A stretch of DNA of 64,000 bases from Raillietiella orientalis (lineage: Eukaryota). The stretch covers positions 1,550,001 to 1,614,000 of the forward strand of contig JAYWIR010000010.1 of assembly GCA_036172245.1 (NCBI GenBank), written 5' to 3'. The notes beneath the pieces are model-generated. The model did no database searches, was not told the DNA's origin, and was given only the letters and a program-made list of their open reading frames with translations. Numbering within the stretch: position 1 is the first letter of the stretch; the number at the start of each line of letters is the position of its first letter. Shown one piece after another: positions 38,591 to 49,543 of the stretch. The position numbers were made by a program, and so were the translations under genes.

Positions 38591-39449
38591 CAGAATTTCA
38601 TGAGCGAAGACCGATCATCCTAGGAAGAACACCATGCCAGACGTAGAAGGTCAGAAAGAAAGTGGCAACACCAGATGGAATCACGAGAGAAGAAGTCAAT
38701 CAATTTTACATTACCTCTATGTCCGTGTTGGGGAGAGCTGTAGGAGGACCTGGAGATACAGATTGTGAGCCAAACTTAGATGTGAAGAATTGTACAAAAA
38801 GAGCAGACCAGAAGCTACCATAGGCATGCAGTAAGCGGATACATTCAGTGGAAAGAAGGCAAGTAGAGATGGAAAGGCGTCAAAATATTGCCTGATGAGG
38901 AAAGTGGCGAAAGGCACTCGGCCTGAAACAACCTTGTAAAAGAAGAGGGAGAAAGAAAACCGCAAAAGTAGGGACTTGAAACGAGACTTTCTTTCGTGCC
39001 TTTTGTTATTTCGCTTCAAATAAACTTCCACACTGCCTGTCGGATTGGGGAAAGCAAAAACAATGGTGTTCCGACAAGGTTTCTCCTGACCGATGGACTC
39101 TTAGCGGTGGCGGCTGCTTCCTAGAACATTTTCTTCAGAGAGATTGCTAAACATGCCGGTTTCTCAAGCTCCCTTTTCTTGCGTTCCACCAGCAAAGTTT
39201 CGAATCCCAAGACTTGGACCTTCAGAGTAGACTCACTGAAATCACTTGGCACCACTGCAGAGAGTCGATCGCATATATTATTCTCGAGGTTCGTTTAAAA
39301 ACTAGAAATACAAGAAGAAAAAGAAACCCTCGAAATACATCTCCTGATATGGAATTCCTCACAGCATTTCGTCTGCATTTTTCTTTTATATCTTGAGTGA
39401 TCTCCTTAGTTTTTTTTTTTTTTTTCTGTGTGCTTTTGTCAGCTGGACA

Positions 39450-40600
39450 GCTAACCAACAGTGTGATAAGAGAAAGCGCACACTCCCTACCAGCTTTAAC
39501 CTCCATGCCTGTCTTTCTTTATGCAGCGTTTTTCATGAGCTCGTTTACCGATTCTCAAGGGCAACCTTGGAGAATGAGAACGACACAAAGCCATACTTAG
39601 CAGCTGACCATTTGACTAAACTTTACTTTCTGTTTTGGAACCATTATTAAGGAAATAAAAAGAGAATGCAGGAGTTTCTGCTTGGCAGTTTCCGGTGGAA
39701 TATGCACGCATTCCGAATGGAAGTTCCCAGTTATCTCTGAGAGTAAGGACAAATGGATCATTCAAATGAAGGAAGGGAAACGATGAAGGATGTCGGGATT
39801 CTCCGCTATACATCTAAAAGATGCAGACATCCCTTCGGCTTTTAGAGGTGCCTTTGAAGGCGAGAAGCACTCACCAATTTGCCTTGCGCACTGCCCTTTC
39901 TCTCCTGGTAAGAAAAATATCGTTACAAACGTTTTCCTTACCAGAACTATCCTTTGGGGGAACCTTGGAGTTCCTTCAAAGAATTCCATCTTTTCATCTT
40001 GCTAGCCATCTTTTGATTCATCTTTTCATCTGCTGCCCTTCACCTTGCAAAGTTCTCGGTTTTGCGAGCTTTTATTGATTCCCATCTAACCGAACTGTTC
40101 CCAGAAAAGCTTCTTAATTTACAAGGTCTGAATTGTTTTTATGCCTATCTCCAAAGCTTCAGGAGGCACAAGACTATTGGGATATTACTCGGCTCGATCA
40201 GAGTTCTGGTGCGCACTCTGAACTTCAGACGGAATCCTGTACGTAATCCATCCCTCTATTTGGATCGTAGGCGATGCCTCAAACGGAATCATGGCAGGAT
40301 CCTTTCCTTAATCGTTTTTTTGTGCCTCCAGCGACCTCTAAATTCATCACAGCGAAATAACGTACCCAACAAGGGATGAAAGAAAAAGATTCACTCTATC
40401 AAACTTTTAGACTGGAAAGTTGAGGAAACAGTGATTTCCGGGCACATACCCTCATTCATTAATCTGTATTCTGGGATGGTTGCTGCAGTGATAGACAGAC
40501 ATTTTTCGTTTTTCTCGTGACAGAGGTACAGATGTAAAGTGAACCAAACTACGCCGATATTGAAAGCATCGGAAATAACGAAGAATATTCTATTATCCAC
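39450..40600 (+). mobile_element. Decayed LINE-like reverse transcriptase relic
   Basis: Colinear degenerate motifs across frameshifts: LSLCSVFHELVY..LE, DKWIIQMKEGK..AIHL..AF, LGVPSKNSI (cf. GVPQGSIL), HLFI..CKVLGFA (cf. IYIND..FADD), PLNSSQ..VPNKG, NLYSGMV. Visual match only. Confidence 0.4.
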
Positions 40601-43494
40601 AACAGATTCTTACTGCTGTCAATGTTTCCGCTGTTCAGCAACAGGATCGGTTATTGATGAAAGGTATTTGTAAAAACAAATCATACAAAGAAGCAACTGA
40701 AAGAACACGATGAGGAAGAATCATGAAACCTCATTCATGTCGATTATGTACTGATGGCAATAGTAACATTTTCTGTCCACTCTTTCAAACCCAGTGAGGA
40801 TAGCTTTAGGATGGAGAGAGTGAAAAAAAGCACAAAACATAAGGTCTTTATTTCCACTTATCAGTCTTAGGCATTCTGGAAGAAGACAGACAAAAATAAG
40901 CGATCCTTTCATGCTTTCATTCTGTTTTTTCAAAATACTTTCTTCGTCTACTATATGAAGGTTCAACAAGAATATGGTAACGAAACAATTTCCCTGTTCC
41001 AAATTACGATGTGTGAGGATGCAACCAAATTGATCGGAAATGCAAAGAAATTAAGATTCTGGAAGTCAGCAGGGAGACAAGAGGCAGCCTCTAAAACCAA
41101 TGAGATGAAATTACTCTTCCTAATGGAGACTTATGTGAAATCAGCATCATAAAAAGGTAAACATCAGACGGCAGTACGACGAAATGTAACAGTGCGTAGA
41201 AGTGCAAAATTTCATTCTACGATTTCAATTGATTCAAATCCAAGTTCACCACCAATGATGAGACAGCACAAAGAATTCTCTAGTGTATGAGATTTCACTT
41301 ATAGGTATAACGGATACCACATGGAAAAAAAAAAAAAGAAAATGCACACAGAGCATAAAATAAAAGGGAGGTGTTTGAATTTGTTTGTTTATTTGTTTTA
41401 CAATTTGTTTGCTTTTGAAGAGCAACTCTACAGCAGAAAACTACAGCAGAAAGCTTCTTGTTAATGAGATTTCCGTTCGTATCCGATTGCAGAATCTTTT
41501 ATCTGTACTCTGGAGACATTTCAGTTTTTACCTGAAAAAGATTAGGGGTATTAAAAAGTCTTTGTGGTACTCATCTTCAAAAGCTAACGATTCAAGAATC
41601 AAAACATTATTTAACTTAGAAATCAGAAAACAGTTATCTTCATAAATGTGAATGTAGGAAACAGGGCACAACAGGAGAAGGCTCGAGAATAAGGATTGCC
41701 TCTTTGAAGTGAACACAGAAGCGACATCCAGCAATAAGGACATCCTGAATCACCAAATCACAAAATATGTGTGTCAAGATCAAGATATCTCAACGGAAAA
41801 CGAAAGAACCTCAGATATTGCAACTCTCTGCTTAGGGACAGAGATAAAACGATTACAGGATTTGTACTCCCCGAATTGTTATGATTATTTTTTTTTTTTC
41901 GAAATAATAATGCCTTGCCCAGAACTTCTACCATATTCCAACCAAAAACTAGAACAGAGCCATTTAGAAGTCCTCAGACAGCCCATCTGCTCACGTGAAA
42001 GATATCCAACTCCGGAAGAAATCGGTACTATCAATGTACAATGCATCATTCAATATACTTCCTGATTGACAATAAGAAAGCGTATATACGCGGCCGGCCT
42101 TTTTTCGAAACATTCAAATGAAAACAAAAACAAACAAAAAAAGTATGAATTTTATAATTGCCAGAAAATTAATACATTCATTGGAAAACATCGTATAGTT
42201 ATTGAATACCATTTATTATTGGATGAGTATGATTATGCACTTGTAATTTAAAATGCTGTTGCAATGATTATTTTCTCACAGTATTAGTAACCATAAGCAA
42301 ATGAATAAAATAAAAAAAAAGAATATTTGGACAGAAACCTTTCTGATGCTTTTTTTAAAAAGCTAAATAAATGGTTCATGTGAATTTAAATGTGAAATCA
42401 ATTGGAACTGAGAACCCTATGATTCATATATCATCTTCAAACTCAGAAGGATTATCTTTTAAATCAAGAATACTAACTTTTCAAATCGTGTAGTATGATA
42501 ACGATGACTTTCACTTTAACTTGACTCAGGATGACTTTAACTTTAATTTTAACTTGATGACTTTAATTTGATGAGGAATTTCGAAAATTACAGCATGTTT
42601 CTCTCACCGGATAAATTACAAATAATTGATTTAATAGCAAATTAAGGAAATACATGTAGTCCATATGAATTTTCATTTTTTAGCAAAAATGCTCGTCTAT
42701 TGTAAACCTCCATTTAGGTGTAATGGTTTTTCTATACATTAATAATTTACAATCCAGTTTACAAATCAAACAACGACAGCCTATCTAACTAAGCCTATCT
42801 AACTTTTGACTCTCTAAATAGTTTTGGATCACAGGAATTCCTGGACGTTTCAGAAACTGGAGTATACCTTCCTCCATTTCCTGTACTATAAAAATCTTTG
42901 AAATCGTAATCACTCCCAATGAAATTTGTTGTAAAAACTGCAGTTTGTGTACATTTGTGTTGCAAAAGCTACAATAAATATTATTATGGCAAAATTAGGG
43001 GACGCAGAAGTACACCAGAAGTTACTCCTCCGATTTAAAAAACGATGAGCGAGATTATCCATGAGTTTTGCCAAGTTTTTTTTTTTCTTCTTCAATACTA
43101 CAGGTCACATATATTTTCAGTGGAAGCTGACAGAATTTGAAACAATAAATGAGAAATACCACACGTAAGGCACACATAGGCACGTAATGCATTCTCACAG
43201 TTCTTTGAGTACACTTTACGGTTTCCTGGAAAAAAAGACACTATGAACACTTCTGTTTTGTATTCCTTGTGCTGATTACTCTAGATAATTAAAACGGAGA
43301 AGGAATTTCAAGCTGAGCCTTAGAACCCTTTTGTGATACACGTGTTTACACCGTATGATCTTTAGCTTTCGCCTGTAAATGGGATTGAATTGACGAATGG
43401 CCGAATAAGGTATCTGACCATTCTGAATATATTGTGAGATTACGCTTTTGCAAAATACAGATTCCTTGCAGCTACGTACTGGATTTTCCGAAAA

Positions 43495-44308
43495 ATGGTA
43501 AGTGTTTTTAGATTCCTTTATTCGTGGACCTGTGTGTATTATTACTTGCTCATTGTTTCATGTTATTTGTGTACTGACTCAAGGCATCCGCATTTGTTTT
43601 TTAGCAACGTATGGTTCCCTTGCATATTTTCACAGCATGATAAATTTGTTGTAATAAGAAAACTGTTTTGTAGGGGTCGAAATTTCTTTTTGTAGGCAGG
43701 AAATGTTGTTGCGTGTAGTTTTCCTGATGTTATGAAAGAGCAAGTTAAAAGGTTCCAATTTCGGCATGATAAACAGAATGCAGCATTGATATGTAAGTGT
43801 TTTAAGACTGTATATGAGGTATGAGATTTTTATAATTAGGTCTTAATAGTTAGTTGACTGCTTTTGCAGTATCTGATTGCTGCTATGTTTCAGTAAAAGT
43901 GGATCAGTTACAGCAGAGTATCTGTGTAGAATCTCTGCTGGAGGTTTGTTTGTCAGGGATGCTTGCTTCTCAAATAAATTATAAACTAGGATATAACGCT
44001 GGAAGATTTGCAACAAGCCCTTCCAACTCATGAACCTCGTTATATTCTTCTTTGTCACAAAATCATACATTCAGATGGGCGCATATCATATCCTCTTTGT
44101 TTAATTTTCTGCACTTCTGCAGGTAGATTTTAGAATATTTGATGAAATACAATTTATGTTTTGAAAAGGTTGTTCACCTAAGATACATATGATGTATGCT
44201 GGTTCCATATTGGCCTTGGTTAAAGAGACAAATATAACTCATGTTTTTGAGATACGCAGTCCTGAGGAATTGACTGAAGAATGGCTACAAGAGAAGTTGC
44301 AGAAATAA
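43495..44308 (+). CDS. GMF: Glia maturation factor (ADF-H family Arp2/3 debranching factor), 140 aa; join(43495-43497,43696-43792,43894-43943,43990-44122,44169-44308)
   Basis: ATG|gtaagt first coding exon. Spliced product MAGNVVACSFPDVMKEQVKRFQFRHDKQNAALILKVD..LPTHEPRYIL..HSDGRISYPLCLIF..MMYAGS..VFEIRSPEELTEEWLQEKLQK matches GMF hallmarks (FRFRK..NAAII, DGRVSYPLCFIF, MMYAGS, VFEIR..DLTEEWL). Phases consistent, 423 nt. Confidence 0.95.
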
Positions 44309-44358
44309 TTCACATCAAAGTACACTGATCTTATTTGCTGCTTGATGACTGCTGTAGT

Positions 44359-45277
44359 TTATTTGCTTACCAATGAAATAATCATTCTGATAACAAAATA
44401 AGCTTTGTTATTCATTGTTAAACTTACCCATAGAGATAAACAAAGAACATGAGTAAATAGAATGCCAACTTTATCCATCCTTCCTTCATGCATATTTCTA
44501 AAGTTGCTGCATTTAAAACACTTGTGGGGTCATAGATACCACAGTTGCTCATAACAGGTCGATGCAAATATCTACATAAATTATACAAATATTTAAGTGC
44601 AGCCTCTAATGTTTCTAAATAACTGTCACATACTAAAGTATGTGTTTACTGACATGTACTGACAAATGAGAAAAATTATACCACCTGTGTATGTGATAAG
44701 CAACAAGAGGGATATTAAGTATTAATACAATGTATTGTCCAGAAACCAAGAAGAGAATGCTCATGAGAATGTGCATACCATATTCAGGCAGGATTAACTA
44801 GGAAGACTGATGTTATTGCAAATGTTTAAAGATTAACATGCTTACAGGATTCAAGGTATTGCACTGATCAATTGGATTCTTGTGATCATTTTTCAGTTCA
44901 TCAAAGGCAATTATCTAAAATATAAGAGAACCCCTCAAGATGATGATTCATGTGATTTCAAATATGAGAAAAATGCAATTCATACATTAAGATCCATAAA
45001 AAGTTCGTTTTGTGCATACACATGTGTGCCGCAAATTGTATCGTTAACATTTATGTCAACGAAGCGTGTTTCAAATTTTTCCTTACATTCCCTCACACCC
45101 TTTCTTTCATGCAAAAAGGTGATAAACTACAAATTCATTCCGTACTTCGGTATTATTGTTATAACTAGGGTTAAAGTGACTATATAGGATACTTACATGC
45201 AAAATCGCAAAAAAAATGAGAAATGCATCGAAAATTAATGCACAAATATAAGAAATAGCAGCGAATGTTACTGCCAT
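44359..45277 (-). CDS. cni: Cornichon (CNIH1/cni family ER cargo receptor), 144 aa; complement join(45277-45197,44914-44846,44797-44685,44571-44428,44386-44359)
   Basis: Spliced product [103 protein letters not shown]. All introns GT-AG, 435 nt. Absent from the ORF track. Confidence 0.96.
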
Positions 45278-45336
45278 ATTTTGCGTCCTACAAGGGATGT
45301 TTCACGGTGCTTTTACATCCGGATGTTTTCGCATAC

Positions 45337-45500
45337 CGTTTATAAGGGCTATGTGAATCCCAAAAGAATGGCCTTAACGTGGTACGAGATGTTCAGAACC
45401 CGAAGTTTTTTCAGCTACCATCAAAATCAGCATTGTCAAGGTATATAAATCGAAAATTGTATATAAACCAATGTGCGCTTTGTGTATTGAACTAAAAGGT
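45337..45500. promoter_or_regulatory. Candidate bidirectional promoter between cni (-) and COX20 (+)
   Basis: Head-to-head gene arrangement, local return of CpG dinucleotides, TATATAAA at 45442 and 45460 (+) and TATAAA at 45344-45339 (-). No transcription start data. Confidence 0.4.
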
Positions 45501-46863
45501 ATGTATATCCGAATGGATTGCTAAATTCCTCAAGCCAAAGAAATGCACACTTAGTTTTTGCAGCCTTTAATAAGAATTGTTTCCTTTTTTTTTTTTTTAT
45601 CTATTTATTTCTGAAATACGATTTGTTTTGAATGTAGAAACAAGCTTGAAAATTGCATTGATCTTCATATTTATCGCTGGAAAGGATGAGAAACACAAAA
45701 ATGTCATTCCGATAAAATCGTTGGAGGTTTGTTTTTTGAAGTCTTTAATTTTTGGAAATGTGTCTCCTAATTTTGATGAGATTTCAGTGCGGAGTATTGA
45801 ATACTTGAAAAAATATGAAAAATAGAGGAAATTCGGCAGTGAAGTTGCATTATATTTTATCTGGCATTTTGATGATGAGAATTGTGGTGTCCAATATGCG
45901 TGTTTGTTTTGCTGATTTTTGAAAACGTAAATAAAAACAAGATCATTTATTGAATTCTCGAATTTTCCAGACGTTGTTTAGATCAAATGGTATGAGAAAG
46001 CACCAACAGCTGCCAAGATTTCCTTCATAATCCAGCGCGCTGTTGAGTGGCGATGTGTTTTCGTGCTTGTTTTTCGATGTGTGTTCGTGTTTGCTAAGAG
46101 ACAGAGGTTCCCTGTTTCATCATCCCTCATCGTGTCTCGATATAGCCTTCCAGAAAACCTTTGCTTTGGAGGAGTCAAGCTTGATGATCCTCGGTACTGA
46201 GTTCGATTTGTAAGATGAAAGCCGTTCCATTCCTGCCTGCAAGTTCTGCAGTCTGAATCTTCCTTGGAATAGGACTTTTGAATGCTCTTTTCAATTCTGA
46301 AACCTTAATCCTCAAGGCACAGCCATTTTTATAAATTCAGATGTTCTGTTGTTTTATCTCTTGTAAAATTTTGAGAATTTTGAATTCTCTTAGGTATTAT
46401 CGTGAACTCTGGAAAGTATTTCCATGAAGATGGGGGGGGGGGATCTTCTTTTGTAAATCTGCAGAGTTTGTAAAATTTGCATTTGTTCTGTGTTTTCAAT
46501 TCATCTGATGATTTGAGGCTTACGATAAAGTGCATTCTCGTCCAGGTTTCCCCTCATGTGGTGCACAGAAAAATAATAGCAACGTAATTGTGCGAACATG
46601 AGCTCTGGAATTTTCACTTTGTATCGAAGTCGACTGAGAGCATACTGCCCAGACCGTTTGTCTCCATGTTTGTGCTGATTTCTCGGTTTCTATTGAAATC
46701 ACCAAAGTAATTTTGATTCATTTGCGTTAAATAGGGGTTTGTGATTACAGTTTAAATTATAATCCGATTGGTTTGTTCCTTCAATTATGCATGCCTGGTC
46801 TATTCAAGCGTGCGATGCATTTTCTTTTGTAAAATACTGAATTGGTGTACATATGCCTTCCAG

Positions 46864-47033
46864 AACTTGTTTGGACGTTCTGTCTCCGAAGTACCATGTT
46901 TCCGAGAAACTTTCCTGTATGGCATTGGCGCGTACATCGTTTCTGGATTAACGTATTTCCTTTGCACCAGTAAATCAAGGACTGCTTCTCATGTCGGCTT
47001 TGCAGCCTTTAATGTAGTAGTGATTTCGTATTG
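46864..47033 (+). CDS. COX20: COX20 (FAM36A) cytochrome c oxidase assembly chaperone, internal exon
   Basis: ccttccag|NLFGRSVSEVPCFRETFLYGIGAYIVSGLTYFLCTSKSRTASHVGFAAFNVVVISY-W|gtgagt; PCFR..FLYG and FL.TS motifs with two hydrophobic segments. The 5' exon(s) are unresolved. Confidence 0.9.
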
Positions 47034-49398
47034 GTGAGTAATTATCACTTAAGTAAGGCTACTTTTATAGTATTTTTGACAAATGAAGTAGATGTACCTT
47101 GCGCGTTGTACGGGCCCTATGGGTTATACGGGAATAATATAGTACTGTTTGTTTACTACTTAACTTGAAGTAAGAAAAAGTTTTTAGAGCTTTGGTGATG
47201 TTTAATCCATGCAAACAACCTCATCATTTCAGCTTTATCACTCTCCTTGTTGAAATGTGTGTCTTGCGCTATTTTATTCACGAAAATCGAACTGAAATAA
47301 AATTCAACGCAATCAAGTCATGCGCTGTTGTTATTCCTAAAGACCCTTCGTGTGCCACAAAATTGAAATTTATCCACAACATCGTACAGGGTTGATTCAC
47401 CACTGCGTGCGAGGACAGTCGCCATTTTTTCCCTATACGAATAATCCGTGTGCTGCGGGGATCATTCCATTCCTGGCAGTTCAGTTCAGTTTGGTATTCT
47501 GTTTGAAAATGATCTCCCCCTCCCCTTCCAAATTCACGGCGTCTCATTAAGAGATGCCGATTCGTTCATTTTCCTTATTTTGGATTAGGCAAGAAATTCA
47601 CAAATTTGGATGTTATTGATTGAACCCCTCCTTATTTGCTTTCAAGATTCAAATCAGTCTCTTGCTAAACAGATTTTACTGGAAGAGAAAAAATCCATTT
47701 CAAAAGAGCATTCATTGCAAGTACATGTACTGAGAATGTATTTATTGATTGCCATCGATACAGTGGATTGCATTCCTTGAAAGGGCGGGGAGGGGCAGGT
47801 GTCCATCAGAACGCCTGAGAACAGATCGCTTCTGTTTGCCCATACTCAAATTTAGAAACGATTTGGGTTTTGACCACCGCGTGGCAACACTGCAGTTCTG
47901 ATCGTACGCATTGACAATCACGTGGTAGTTCCGGTTCTGTGCGTACTCACCCGTGTACACTTTCGTGAATTTTTTGTTTTTGTTCTGTACGTCCTTCGTT
48001 TTATATTAGAGCGTGTTTCGTTGCATTAGCAAAGAATCCTTCTGTACGGATTGGGAATGAGCAGATGTATGTGTACTGCTCCAAAAATTCAAGGTCGTCA
48101 CATAGTAATTAAAGCTCTCTCCTCCGTGCTGAACACTGCGAAGGTTTTTCATCTTGGGATTGTTCAGAAATAGGAGGTTTGGACCACGAGAAAGGAAGAA
48201 CAAAGTCATTTTTTTTGATTTCCGAATAAAGAAATTCTGTAAAGCGTTTATGTTTGCACACGAGGAAACTCTGTATCTGGGCTTGAAAAGAAATATCGAA
48301 GCAAAATTCTCGTGAATGTCTCCATGCTTGATGGAAGAGAGTCCTGGATGCACTATGCTTTGCATCCTGTCTCTGGCGCGCCTTCAGAAGCTGCTCCCGT
48401 GATCCCTGGACTGCGATGCTCACCTTCATGACTTCGGTCCTGCGCGGATGATTGCTTCGTGTGGAAGGAGATGCAGTCTTGGCGGTCATGGTCCAGTCTA
48501 TGAAACGTCGCCTGTTTCTCAATGGTTCTTTACAGATTAGGAAGGTCTTTTATGTCTTTCTTTAGTCGATGCTGCCTAAAATAATCATTGCAACAGGACC
48601 ATCCTTATGGTCGTTGTGGCTGCTAAAAGAGTCTGTCCTTATGCAGTGACGCACTGGGAATATAGCTGTGGGTTAGAAAAACACATTGTGTTGACATTAA
48701 GTGCGCAACTTGCGAATGCTTCCATCGTAGTATCATTAGAATGTTCTATTGAATACCCTCAATGTGTCTTAATTTGTGATTTCCCAATGGAGCATTCGGG
48801 AAGATCAAGCCAACGAAACATTCACCAGGAATTCGAGGCGAGATGGAAGCAGCAAGAAATCTCATCGATTTTCTGTTCTTCAGGGAGGGATTCTTAATTC
48901 AGCTGATGCCACTGTCGAGTCCTCTCAGCCTCCCGTTGCTTGGCGCGGTTTCGTGAAGGAGGCAGTCACGTGATCTTACCGTGGGAAAATCCTGCGGACG
49001 ATCCAAATACACTTGAAACCAGTGGGGTGATTGGTGTTGATATGTAGATTTAATTCTGCCTCTATATACATATCTTCGGAATCACATTTTTGTTTTCAAT
49101 ATTTGCTGCATGTTTTGCTGGTACGATTTTTTATGCTGAACCGAGAAGATATTGCGCGTGGTTATGAAAGGAGAAAACGTGGTGGGTGGTGGTGGTGCCT
49201 CATTATCTCTGTAGAAACACCACGTTACCCGAATTGTGTTTGCCCCTGTGGTAAACACAAGCAAAGGCAAACCTCACGACAAAGTCAATGTTCTCTTGGG
49301 TTTGGTGTGCAAAGGAAATTTTTACCGGAAACGTGTTTGGCATTTCCGAGTTCGGTGTTTCATTTCTGCAGCTGTGGATCTTATTTCTTCTATCGTAG

Positions 49399-49543
49399 GT
49401 TTACCTGCAGACAACGAACGGCAGTAAAGAATTTCAATATTGGTCAGATGCAAGAGTTTATGACTAAAATGGTGGAGTTAGAAGGAACGGAAAATGATCT
49501 AAAATTTGCATCTCTAAACCAAGAAACAAAGAGCACTGAATAA
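49399..49543 (+). CDS. COX20: COX20 terminal exon
   Basis: ctatcgtag|G completes Trp (phase 2), then FTCRQRTAVKNFNIGQMQEFMTKMVELEGTENDLKF..*; matches the W..CR and EGT motifs of COX20. Confidence 0.88.

Noticed and set aside
46182..46256. C/D-box snoRNA-like TGATGA...CTGA pairing upstream of the COX20 internal exon
   Set aside because: Weak terminal stem and no recognisable rRNA-complementary guide; these motifs are common by chance in AT-rich DNA
48006..48522. Nested antisense ORFs (119 and 137 aa) in the COX20 intron
   Set aside because: No homology recognised and no consistent multi-exon structure could be built
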